DNA of 59,257 nucleotides from a bacterium (GTDB lineage Bacteria; Vulcanimicrobiota; Vulcanimicrobiia; Vulcanimicrobiales; Vulcanimicrobiaceae): NCBI GenBank assembly GCA_021845615.1, contig JAJZVP010000001.1, positions 1 to 59,257 of the forward strand, read 5' to 3'. Shown piece by piece: positions 36,183 to 44,996 of this stretch (position 1 is its first letter; each line of letters starts with the position of its first letter). The notes under the pieces were generated by a model. It saw only the letters and a program-made list of their open reading frames with translations, ran no database searches and was not told where the DNA came from. The position numbers and the translations under genes were made by a program.

Positions 36183-36560
36183 CATATGGGCGACCCCATC
36201 GGTCGGCAATCTCACCTGTGAGGTCGACAAGCTCACGGGGGACGCAACCGGTATCGTCGGCACGGAACGACGTGAAAACCGCTTAACCAACATTAGATCG
36301 CGCCCCTTTTTCCCTTTCACGCAAATAGCGATAGCTAGGACATGCATGTTGAATCGCCCGATGGCAGCCGACGCTACGACCTCCGCAAAGAGCTACACGG
36401 TCGAAACTCAGTTCGATGTCGAGCATTATCAGGAGAACCTTTTGCAATCTGGCCGATTCGGAGGGCCGTTGCGCGTCTATGCAACCTCGCTACTTCGACC
36501 GAAGGTAACCTTGCGCGCGCATCTAAAGGCGCCGGGTACGAGCGACGAGCGAGGAACGGT

Positions 36561-37046
36561 ATGGCCGATACGACGCATCACTATCACGTGCAGATGACTT
36601 GGAGGGGAAGCAACGGTGTTGGGACTACCTCCTATCGAAGCTACGGGCGCGAATACGAATTAACGGTAAACGGGAAGGCGACGATGCGAGGCTCCGCCGA
36701 TCCGCAATATCGTGGCGATGCAACCTTGTGGAATCCCGAAGAACTTTTTCTTGCCTCGCTGAGTGCGTGCCATCAACTATGGTATCTCCATCTTTGCGCG
36801 AACGCCGGGGTTATCGTACATACGTATGAAGATCGGGCGGAAAGTAGCATGGTCGTCCACGACGACGGAAGCGGCGAATTCGTCTCGGTGCTCCTGCGCC
36901 CGGCGGTCACCATCGCCCGTGGCTCGAACCGCGAGCGTGCGCTGGCGATGCACGATGAGGCGGCCAAGATGTGCTTCCTCGCTCGTTCGGTGAATTTCCC
37001 GGTCGCGCACGAGCCGGTTGTCGAATTCGAAACGAGCGCATCGTGA
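36561..37046 (+). CDS. OsmC/Ohr family peroxiredoxin-like protein
   Basis: Start at MADTTHHYHV. Cys in LASLSACHQLW and AAKMCFLARS; ~161 aa. Confidence 0.75.
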   Translation: MADTTHHYHVQMTWRGSNGVGTTSYRSYGREYELTVNGKATMRGSADPQYRGDATLWNPEELFLASLSACHQLWYLHLCANAGVIVHTYEDRAESSMVVHDDGSGEFVSVLLRPAVTIARGSNRERALAMHDEAAKMCFLARSVNFPVAHEPVVEFETSAS

Positions 37047-38659
37047 TGCGACGATATGCCGTGGTAGCGCTTCTGCTCTTCGTTGCTGCGTGCTCGCACG
37101 GAGCGCGACCGAACGCACCGCCGGGCACCGTGCGCTTTGCAATCGCCGCCGACCCGACGACGCTCGATCCGCTCTTTCTTACCCCCGATGCGGCTTCGGT
37201 CGATCAACAGATCGCTCGACTGCTCTTCGAACCGTTCGTCGATCTCGATGCGCGCGGAGCGTTGGTTCCCGTGTTACTTCGCGCGATTCCCACGCAGAAG
37301 AACGGCGGCATATCCGCCGATGGGCGCACGATCGTCTATCACCTCCGTCGCGGCGTTCGCTGGAGCGACGGGCAGCCGGTAACGAGTGCCGACGTGCTCT
37401 TCACCTTACGCGAGATTCTCGACCCGAAAAATCCGGTTCGAACGCGCGAAGGATATAAACTCATCGATCGTGCCGTTGCGCCGAACGCTTATACCGTTGT
37501 CCTGCACCTAAAAAAGGCGTGGGCGCCCGCCGTCGCGACGTTTTTCTCTTATGGAATCGAACCCTATGCAGTCGTTCCTGCTCACGTGCTCGCGCGCGTG
37601 CGTTCCTTGCGCACCGCACGTTTTAACGGCGACCCAACCGTCAGCGACGGCCCGTATCGTTTCGTCTCCTGGCGGCGCGGCGACCGGTTAACCTTTAGCG
37701 CCAATCCGCTCTGTTGGCGCGGAGCCCCGAAAGTACGGCGGATCGTCGCGCGCATCGTCACCGACCCCGGAACGAACCTCACCTTGCTGCGAACCGGCGA
37801 GATCGACTGGAACCTCATCGCTCCCGCGCAACAGGCGGCACTTCGCGGCGCAGCATCGATTCGAATCATGCGCGTTCCCACGAGCGTCATCGCCGGCATC
37901 GCAATGAATCTCCGGCACGGCCCGCTTCGCGACCTTCGGGTGCGACAAGCGATCGCCGAAAGCATCGACCGTCGCGCGATCTCGCGCAAAATTACGCTCG
38001 GTGTCTATCCCGTCGCCGAGACGCTCCAGCCGAGCTATTCGTGGGCGCTCGACCGAAAGGTGCGCGCTCCCGGATACCATCCGAAGCGCGCCGATGCATT
38101 GCTGCGAGCGGCGGGTTGGCGGCGCGGATCCAACGGCATGCGCGCAAAAAACGGCAAAGCGTTGCACCTCCTTTACGTCCAGTTCCCCGAATCGACGACC
38201 GGCGTTCTCGTCGCAACCTTTATTCAACAAGCGCTGGAAGCGCGCGGAATCGCCGTAACGTTGAAGAGCGTGAGCAACGCGCAACTCTTTCTGCCGAAAG
38301 ACGGCACCTTGGCGCGCGGGCAGTTCGACCTCGCATATATTCCGTGGACGATGGGGATCGATCCCGACGACTCGTCGATCCTTCGGTGCGGCGCTTCGGA
38401 GAATTACATGCGATGGTGCGACCCGGTCGTCGACCATCTCGAGCGGCGGGTGCTCGAGACGAGCTCGCGCCGCGTTCGGCGGCGGCTCTACGGACGCATC
38501 GAGGCGCGCGTCGCCTCCCAGGTGCCGCTCCTCGTGCTTTTCGACGCAACCTATCTCTATGCGTACGATGAAAGGCTTGAGGGCTTTGCGCCGAATCCCG
38601 TCCTTCCGACCGCTACTGCTTGGGCCTGGCGCGTACGTTCGGCCCTCTCTCGGAGGTAA
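37046..38659 (+). CDS. ABC transporter substrate-binding protein, family 5 (peptide/nickel type), lipoprotein
   Basis: Start at MRRYAVVALLLFVAACS (lipobox), with the ATG overlapping the OsmC stop as TGATG. SBP_bac_5-like pattern throughout. Confidence 0.8.
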   Translation: MRRYAVVALLLFVAACSHGARPNAPPGTVRFAIAADPTTLDPLFLTPDAASVDQQIARLLFEPFVDLDARGALVPVLLRAIPTQKNGGISADGRTIVYHLRRGVRWSDGQPVTSADVLFTLREILDPKNPVRTREGYKLIDRAVAPNAYTVVLHLKKAWAPAVATFFSYGIEPYAVVPAHVLARVRSLRTARFNGDPTVSDGPYRFVSWRRGDRLTFSANPLCWRGAPKVRRIVARIVTDPGTNLTLLRTGEIDWNLIAPAQQAALRGAASIRIMRVPTSVIAGIAMNLRHGPLRDLRVRQAIAESIDRRAISRKITLGVYPVAETLQPSYSWALDRKVRAPGYHPKRADALLRAAGWRRGSNGMRAKNGKALHLLYVQFPESTTGVLVATFIQQALEARGIAVTLKSVSNAQLFLPKDGTLARGQFDLAYIPWTMGIDPDDSSILRCGASENYMRWCDPVVDHLERRVLETSSRRVRRRLYGRIEARVASQVPLLVLFDATYLYAYDERLEGFAPNPVLPTATAWAWRVRSALSRR

Positions 38660-38662
38660 TGC

Positions 38663-39175
38663 ATGTCCGTTGCTGCTGTCGTCGGCGCCGCCCTCTCGCA
38701 TATCTATCTCCTGTTTTACGTGCTCGCCGTTATTGTTTGGTGGAGAACGATGCGTCGCGCACGGAGAGAACACCGCGCGCTCGACAGCGCATTCGTTTTT
38801 TGGGGCGAGCTGCTTTTCTGGTACGGCGGGCTCGCGCTTATTTGGGCGGGCTTCTTTCACGGCTACGAACAGCATATTGCAGCGAGCAGTATCGGCTGGC
38901 AGCCGAGCCCGTTCGAATACGAACTCGGCTGGTTCGAAATCGGGATCGGTATTGCGGCGCTTTTCGTTCGGCGACAGAATTACGGGTATCGTCTGGCGTT
39001 AACGATTCCTATCGTCATTTTTTCGTTTGCAGCCGCGGCGCAACATATCGCGCTCATGATAACGCGACACAATTTTGCGCCGAATAACGCGGGAATGATG
39101 CTCTGGCTCAATGATATCATCATGCCGCTGCTTCTCGCCTGGTTCGCTTTTGCGTCGCGGGATGCCGACCGCTAA
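38663..39175 (+). CDS. hypothetical integral membrane protein
   Basis: 170-aa ORF with 4-5 hydrophobic segments and coding-like third-position GC. No family recognised. Confidence 0.5.
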   Translation: MSVAAVVGAALSHIYLLFYVLAVIVWWRTMRRARREHRALDSAFVFWGELLFWYGGLALIWAGFFHGYEQHIAASSIGWQPSPFEYELGWFEIGIGIAALFVRRQNYGYRLALTIPIVIFSFAAAAQHIALMITRHNFAPNNAGMMLWLNDIIMPLLLAWFAFASRDADR

Positions 39176-39220
39176 CGGCAGCAGGTCGCACTTGTTGGTC
39201 TAATGTGGTAGACTAGGTCC

Positions 39221-39445
39221 ATGACGACCAAGAATCTCTACGAGGCGAAGACGCATCTCTCGGCGCTCGTTGCCGAAGCGCTCGCGGGCGAGGAGGTGGT
39301 ACTCGCGCGCAATGGGGTGCCGCTCGTCCGTCTCACGCCGGTCGAGAAGCCGTCGTTTGCCGACGCACTCGGTATGGATGCGGGGCGCATTTTTATCGCC
39401 GATGATTTCGACGCTACACCGAGCGATTTTAAGGAATATTCGTGA
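39221..39445 (+). CDS. Phd/YefM family antitoxin
   Basis: LYEAKTHLSALVAEALAGEEVVLARNGVPLVRLTP. Overlaps the PIN ORF start (GTGA). Confidence 0.8.
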   Translation: MTTKNLYEAKTHLSALVAEALAGEEVVLARNGVPLVRLTPVEKPSFADALGMDAGRIFIADDFDATPSDFKEYS

Positions 39446-39849
39446 GCGCTCGCGTTCTGCTCGACACGCATGTCTTTCTCAGCCTTCTCGCGGAACCCAA
39501 ACGCGTCCCCGCGGCGATGAGGCGAAGCATTGAGAGCTCCGACGAACGCCTCCTCTCCGTTGCATCAGTTTGGGAGATGGCGATAAAAAGTTCGATTGGA
39601 AAACTTCGTTTGCCGATGCCGGTCGGTGAATTCGTGCGGAGCCGCATACGGGCCCTCGACGGGCGTATCATCGCTATATCTGCGCGGCACGCGGCTGCCG
39701 TCGAAGCGCTCCCCATGCACCACCGCGACCCCTTCGATCGGCTTATCGTCGTTTAGGCGATGCTCGAGGACGCTCGCCTCATGACCCTCGATGCGGCGTT
39801 GAAGTCGTACCGGGGCGCGGCCCCATTACGGGAGCGGAAGAAGCGCTGA
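39442..39849 (+). pseudogene. VapC-type PIN-domain toxin interrupted by an in-frame TAG at 39754-39756
   Basis: LLDTHVFL, WEMAIK and HRDPFDRLIV are followed by TAG exactly where LIVAQA is expected. The same frame continues as AMLEDARLMTLDAALKSY... to a TGA at 39847-39849. Confidence 0.7.
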
Positions 39850-42800
39850 TGAGGAGTGCGGCATCGCGATGGTAATGATGCCGGGAGCATAGAGCAGCGG
39901 CTCGCCGGCGACGCCGCTTGCGACATCGATGCGGACCAACGCATTATCGCGCATATCGATAACGTACGCGCTCGCTCCGCCGGGCGTAAAGGCAGCTTCG
40001 AACGGGGCGCCTCCGACCATAATATCGGGAAGCGAGCGACGCGCCGGAAGATCGATCGGCGTTACCGAGATGCCGTCGAGATTCGGCACGTACGCGAGCC
40101 TGCCGTTGGGTGAGATCGCCACCATCTGCGCCTGGGCGCCGGCGGGGAGAACAGCGAGCCTCTGCAGCGTTTCGGCATCGAGCACCGTAACGTCGTCGCT
40201 GCGATTGTTTGCCACATAGATCGTGCGTCCGTCGGGCGAGAGCGCGATGCCGGTCGGCTCGCGTCCGACCGCAACCGCCGGGAGCGCGCGTTGACTCCGA
40301 AGATCGACCGGGGTGACGCTATCGGCGCCTTGATCGGTGACGTAGATGCGCGAGCCGTTGGGAGCGACGGCGATCCAACGCGGATGCTTGCCGACCGCAA
40401 TCGGTGCGCCGACCTTCAACGTTGCGACGTCGATGCGCGCGACCGTATTCGCGCGGTAATCGGCGACCCATACGCCGTTTCCATGCGCCGAGAGCGCGAG
40501 CCCGTCGGGGCTCTTCACCGGAACCGTCGCAACGACGCGGCGGCGTTGCGTATCGATAACGCTGACGCTGTCGCCACCGCGATTGCCGACGAAGAGCAAG
40601 CGATTGTTGCGCGAGAGGACTGCGTCGAGCGGATGACGGCCGACGGCGACTGCTGCTCCGCGCGCATTCGTGCGCAGATCGTAGGGAATCACCGTGCCTT
40701 TGGCGCGGTTGACGAGCCATGCGAGCGTGTCGGGGTCGATGCCGTTCGCGGCGGTGCGATAGAGTTGCAGCGTAGGGAAGCGAGCGCCATTGCCGGCACG
40801 GGCGATGATGCGGATATCGTAGAGCCCCGCCGACGCGCCGGTATCGGCGAGCGTCAGCGCGACATCGACGCGCCCTCCGCCGGGGACGGTGCTCGAACCC
40901 GTTGCCGGTTCGACGCGTGCGGGCGCGGCGACGGCGGTGCTCCAGGTGATGCGATGCGCGCGCGAATCGGGATTGATGACGGCAAAGCCATTTGGCGTGC
41001 GCACGATCGTCATCGCCGTCGAGGGCGGAAAATGCACCTGCGTCGGCGCGTAGGAGGGTGGAGCATCGGCGCGAGCGCTTCCCCACGCGCGATTCGGCCG
41101 TGCGGCGAGCGTAAACGCGAGATGCAACGAACCGTTCTGCGGCAGTGCGACCCACGGACGCATCCACGGATGGCCGTCGATCGACAGCTGCCGAACGTAG
41201 GGCCGATCGGGTGCGGCCTGCGGCGCATCGATAGTGATAACGGGGCCGTGCGACGGCGTGATGACGGCGCGCGTGAAGAGCGGTGCACCGATGTCGAGAT
41301 AGCGTTCGGCGGGGTTTTGCGGATAGAGCCCAAGTGCGCTCCACACATACCACGCACTCATCGTGCCGAGATCGTCGTTTCCGGGAAGACCGTCGGGGCG
41401 ATCTCCCCATAAACGCAACATCGCCGCGCGAACGACGCGTTCTTCACGCCACGGTGCGCCGGCCGAGAGATAGGCCCACGGACTGCCGATGCTCGGCTCG
41501 TTTCCAAGCCACGCATACGGCGCGCTTTGCCCTGCATTCAGATGGGTAAAGAACGCGTCGAGGCGTTTGCGCGCGGCCGCACGGCCGCCCATACCGCGGA
41601 AAAGATCGCGGAGATCTTGCGGCACCATCCAGGTGTATTGCGCGGCGTTCCCTTCCTGGAAGCCGCTCTGTCCGTTCTCGCCGATCTTCGTGCGCTCGAA
41701 TGCGCCGCCGGGCCCGCGCGGCGCGATCTCGCCGAGCGAACGGTCGAAGAGGTGCGACCAGTTCGCACTGCTTTTGAGAAAGGCCGCCGCGACCGATCGC
41801 TCGCCGAGCGCGCGCGCGAATGCCGAGATCGAAAAATCATCGAGACTATATTCTAAGCTCTCCGATGCACCGTTGGGCACCGGCGAGACCGAGGTCGTAT
41901 AGACGTTGGGAATATAGCCCAGCCGATTGAAATCGCCGCCCGCCGGGCGCTCCTGGTACCAACCAAATGCCGGCGGGGCGTTCGTATCGTCGGCTCCTTT
42001 TACCATCGCATCCAACGCGCGATGGAGCGAGAAATCGTGGGCGCCGAATGCATACGCACCGGCGATCACCGGATCGACCGAATCGCCGCCCATGACGCTG
42101 GTCGGGGCGTTTGCAAGCGCCCAGCGCGGCAGCCAACCGCTTTGGTGCGCGGCATCGACGAGCGACTGCATCATATCGCTCGTGCGATGCGGAAAGAGCA
42201 GCGCCAGCAGCGGAATCTCGGTGCGGTAGATATCCCAGTCGGAGAAGTTCGCGTAGAACGCGTGCCCGGCGGGAACGCGATGGATCTTCCCGTCAAATCC
42301 GCGATAGCGGCCGTCGATATCGCTGAAGAGATTGGGGTGCAGCATCGTGTGATAGAGCGCGCTGTAGAACGTTCGGAGGTTCTCGGTGCTGCCGCCGGAG
42401 ACGCGGACGCGGCCGAGCGCACGATTCCAACGCTCGAGCGCGCGGTCGCGTACCGCCACGATACTCCACGAACGCGCGGATTCGCGGAGGTTCCGCCGGG
42501 CGCCGCGTTCGCTGACGAACGAGATCGCGACTTGCATGCGAACGCTCCGTCGTTTCGTCGTGTCGAAGCGCAGCCATGCACCGGCTTTGCGGCCGGTACC
42601 GTTTTCGTAGAGTCCCGATGCTGCAAACGGGCGATTGAAACGCGCCGCCATGTAGACGGTGAATCGATCGGGCATGCCGCAGAAATGCCCGCTTCGCGCG
42701 CTCGCTTCGAGCGCGTTGTTGCCGATGATACGAATGCTCGCGTTACCGACGCCGGCTTGGTCGGAGGCGGGATTGACGGTGAGCAAGGCATCGGGCGAGC

Positions 42801-43290
42801 TCGGGAACGTAAAGCGGCCGAGACCGCTGCGCGAGCGAACGGTGAGTTCGCTGCGGATCCCCGGTTTTCCGAGCGTTACCGCATAATAGCCCGGCGCCGC
42901 GATCTCGCCGACGTGCGAGAACGGCTGCGAGATGCCCTGCAACGCTTTCGGCGGCATACCGAGCAGCGGCAGCACGGCAAAATCGCCGAAGACGTTACAG
43001 CCGGGGCCGCTGAGATGCGTCAGGCTGAATCCGGTCGTCGATGAATCGTTGAATTCGTAGCCGCCGCCGGCATTCTGCGACGGCGTATCAGGGCTCCACT
43101 GCAGCATGCCGAACGGCACGTCGGCGCCGGGAAAATCGTCGATGGGACCACCGAGCGGCGTCCCCGATGTTCCGACGAATGGGTCGGCATAGGAGACCGG
43201 CGTCATAGTCGCACGCGTCCCTGCTGCAACCGAGGTGCCGAGAAGCGCAAGCGCTACGCACGCTCGCAGAACGTTACGCAGCGCTCGCAT
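39826..43290 (-). CDS. secreted GH92-like (alpha-1,2-mannosidase family) protein fused to a C-terminal YVTN-type beta-propeller
   Basis: Signal peptide. ADPFVGTSGT...DDFPGADVPFGMLQWSPDT matches the GH92 N-terminal signature. The last ~290 aa carry repeats such as RIYVTDQGADSVTPVDL and TIYVANNRSDDVTVLD. Confidence 0.7.
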   Translation of the reverse strand: MRALRNVLRACVALALLGTSVAAGTRATMTPVSYADPFVGTSGTPLGGPIDDFPGADVPFGMLQWSPDTPSQNAGGGYEFNDSSTTGFSLTHLSGPGCNVFGDFAVLPLLGMPPKALQGISQPFSHVGEIAAPGYYAVTLGKPGIRSELTVRSRSGLGRFTFPSSPDALLTVNPASDQAGVGNASIRIIGNNALEASARSGHFCGMPDRFTVYMAARFNRPFAASGLYENGTGRKAGAWLRFDTTKRRSVRMQVAISFVSERGARRNLRESARSWSIVAVRDRALERWNRALGRVRVSGGSTENLRTFYSALYHTMLHPNLFSDIDGRYRGFDGKIHRVPAGHAFYANFSDWDIYRTEIPLLALLFPHRTSDMMQSLVDAAHQSGWLPRWALANAPTSVMGGDSVDPVIAGAYAFGAHDFSLHRALDAMVKGADDTNAPPAFGWYQERPAGGDFNRLGYIPNVYTTSVSPVPNGASESLEYSLDDFSISAFARALGERSVAAAFLKSSANWSHLFDRSLGEIAPRGPGGAFERTKIGENGQSGFQEGNAAQYTWMVPQDLRDLFRGMGGRAAARKRLDAFFTHLNAGQSAPYAWLGNEPSIGSPWAYLSAGAPWREERVVRAAMLRLWGDRPDGLPGNDDLGTMSAWYVWSALGLYPQNPAERYLDIGAPLFTRAVITPSHGPVITIDAPQAAPDRPYVRQLSIDGHPWMRPWVALPQNGSLHLAFTLAARPNRAWGSARADAPPSYAPTQVHFPPSTAMTIVRTPNGFAVINPDSRAHRITWSTAVAAPARVEPATGSSTVPGGGRVDVALTLADTGASAGLYDIRIIARAGNGARFPTLQLYRTAANGIDPDTLAWLVNRAKGTVIPYDLRTNARGAAVAVGRHPLDAVLSRNNRLLFVGNRGGDSVSVIDTQRRRVVATVPVKSPDGLALSAHGNGVWVADYRANTVARIDVATLKVGAPIAVGKHPRWIAVAPNGSRIYVTDQGADSVTPVDLRSQRALPAVAVGREPTGIALSPDGRTIYVANNRSDDVTVLDAETLQRLAVLPAGAQAQMVAISPNGRLAYVPNLDGISVTPIDLPARRSLPDIMVGGAPFEAAFTPGGASAYVIDMRDNALVRIDVASGVAGEPLLYAPGIITIAMPHSSSALLPLP

Positions 43291-43293
43291 CGC

Positions 43294-44685
43294 CTACAGA
43301 GCCTTTACTGCCGAAGTGAGCGCGTCCACGCTTGCCTTGGCGTCGCCGAATAGCATCGAAGTGTTCGGCATCTCGTAGAGCGGGTTATCGATGCCCGCAA
43401 ATCCCGAGCGCATCGAGCGTTTGAGTACGATAACGTTCGCCGCTTTGTCGACATCGAGAATCGGCATGCCGTAGATCGGCGAGCTCTTCACGTTGCGCGC
43501 TGCGGGGTTGGTCACGTCGTTCGCGCCGATGACCAAGGCGACATCGGTGGTTGGGAACTCCGGGTTCGCATCGTCCATGTCGAGCAATTGCTCGTAGGGC
43601 ACGTTCGACTCTGCGAGCAAAACGTTCATGTGACCCGGCATACGCCCGGCGACGGGATGGATCGCATAGAGCACTTGAACGCCGCGCTTTTCCAGTTGAT
43701 CGGCGAGCGCTTTCACCGAGTGCTGTGCCTGTGCGACCGCCATACCGTAACCGGGGACGAAGATGACCTTCGAGGCGTAGGCCAACATGATCGCTACGTC
43801 GTCTGCGCTTGCGCTGCGGATCTGCTGCGGGCCGCCGCTTCCGGCCGCCGGCTCGCTGCCGCCGCCGGAGCCGAACGCGCCGAAGAGCACGTTGGTTAGC
43901 GGACGATTCATCGCTTTGCCCATCATCACGGTCAGCAGCGTTCCGCTCGCGCCGACGAGAGCGCCGCAGATAATCAGTAAGGGCGAATTGATCTCGAAGC
44001 CGGTGACCGCGACGGCAAGGCCGGTAAACGAGTTGAGTAACGAGATGACCACCGGCATATCGGCGCCGCCGATCGGCAGCACGAAGAGGACGCCGAGCAA
44101 CAGCGAGCAGATCAACAATCCAAGAAACGCGAGCATCGGCATCGTTCCAAGCGTCGCGATAAACCAACCCGCGAGAACGAGAATTGCCACGAGGATGAGG
44201 CCGTTGACGACCTGCTGCCCCGGATAGGTGATCGGTCGCCCGGTCATGAGTTCCTGGAGTTTCAAAAACGCGACGATCGACCCGGCGAAACTCAGGCAAC
44301 CGATAATCGCCGAGAGAACCAGCGAAACCGAGATCACCGCATTCTCGCCGTTCCCGCTTGCGAGGACGAAAAATTCGAGCGTCGAGATCGCAGCCGCGGC
44401 GGCGCCGCCGGCACCGTTGTAGAGCGCGACCATCTGCGGCATCGCCGTCATCTTCACGCGCAGTGCGGCGACGATCCCGATCGTCCCGCCGAGAAGAACG
44501 CCGATGAGAATCGCCCACCAGCCGACGCCTTGCGTCTGTAGCAGCGAGGAGACCAACGCGATCGCCATGCCGACCATCGCGAGCCGGTTGCCGGCGCGGG
44601 CGGTCGGCGGCGAATTGAGTTGATGGAGGCCGTAAATAAAGAGCGCGACCGCGACGAGATTTGCGAGGCTGAGAGCGACGGTCAT
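43294..44685 (-). CDS. pntB: NAD(P) transhydrogenase subunit beta
   Basis: 463 aa with a multi-TM N-terminal half and C-terminal dIII pattern (KVIFVPGYGMAVAQAQH, HPVAGRMPGHMNVLLAE). Confidence 0.9.
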   Translation of the reverse strand: MTVALSLANLVAVALFIYGLHQLNSPPTARAGNRLAMVGMAIALVSSLLQTQGVGWWAILIGVLLGGTIGIVAALRVKMTAMPQMVALYNGAGGAAAAAISTLEFFVLASGNGENAVISVSLVLSAIIGCLSFAGSIVAFLKLQELMTGRPITYPGQQVVNGLILVAILVLAGWFIATLGTMPMLAFLGLLICSLLLGVLFVLPIGGADMPVVISLLNSFTGLAVAVTGFEINSPLLIICGALVGASGTLLTVMMGKAMNRPLTNVLFGAFGSGGGSEPAAGSGGPQQIRSASADDVAIMLAYASKVIFVPGYGMAVAQAQHSVKALADQLEKRGVQVLYAIHPVAGRMPGHMNVLLAESNVPYEQLLDMDDANPEFPTTDVALVIGANDVTNPAARNVKSSPIYGMPILDVDKAANVIVLKRSMRSGFAGIDNPLYEMPNTSMLFGDAKASVDALTSAVKAL

Positions 44686-44996
44686 GAACGCGGCCCCTCT
44701 TTCTTCTTGAACATTTGCAGCATGCGTTCGGTGACGGCGAAGCCGCCGAAGACGTTGATTGCGCCGAGCGTCAGCGCGGCGACGCTGATGATCGCGAGCA
44801 TCGGCGAGGTGGGGCCGGCAAAAAGCGCGCCGACGACGACGATAGCCCCGATAAATACGATCCCGTGAATCGCGTTAGTCGCCGACATTAACGGCGTGTG
44901 CAAGGTTGTCGGAACCTTCGAGATCACTTCGAAACCAACGAAGACCGCTAAGAGCAAGATTGTTAACAGTTGAATGAGGTGGGCGATATCGTTCAC
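44682..44996 (-). CDS. pntAB: NAD(P) transhydrogenase subunit alpha part 2 (membrane)
   Basis: 104 aa with 3 TM segments. 4-nt overlaps with pntAA and pntB. Confidence 0.85.
   Translation of the reverse strand: MNDIAHLIQLLTILLLAVFVGFEVISKVPTTLHTPLMSATNAIHGIVFIGAIVVVGALFAGPTSPMLAIISVAALTLGAINVFGGFAVTERMLQMFKKKEGPRS

Noticed and set aside
36183-36560. ORFs 36342..(36560) and 36346..36597 upstream of OsmC
   Set aside because: OsmC homology begins at MADTTHHYHV (36561). The upstream sequences have no recognisable features and overlap each other in different frames.
37688-38875. 395-aa minus-strand ORF and several 100-285-aa ORFs in the same region
   Set aside because: They overlap the family-5 SBP gene in antisense or alternative frames. 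The SBP frame has a lipobox and coherent domain pattern, and the others do not.
40291-41412. 373-aa (+) and 363-aa (-) ORFs inside the GH92-propeller gene
   Set aside because: These are alternative-frame or antisense ORFs with Arg-rich composition. The 1154-aa frame carries the recognisable GH92 and YVTN motifs.
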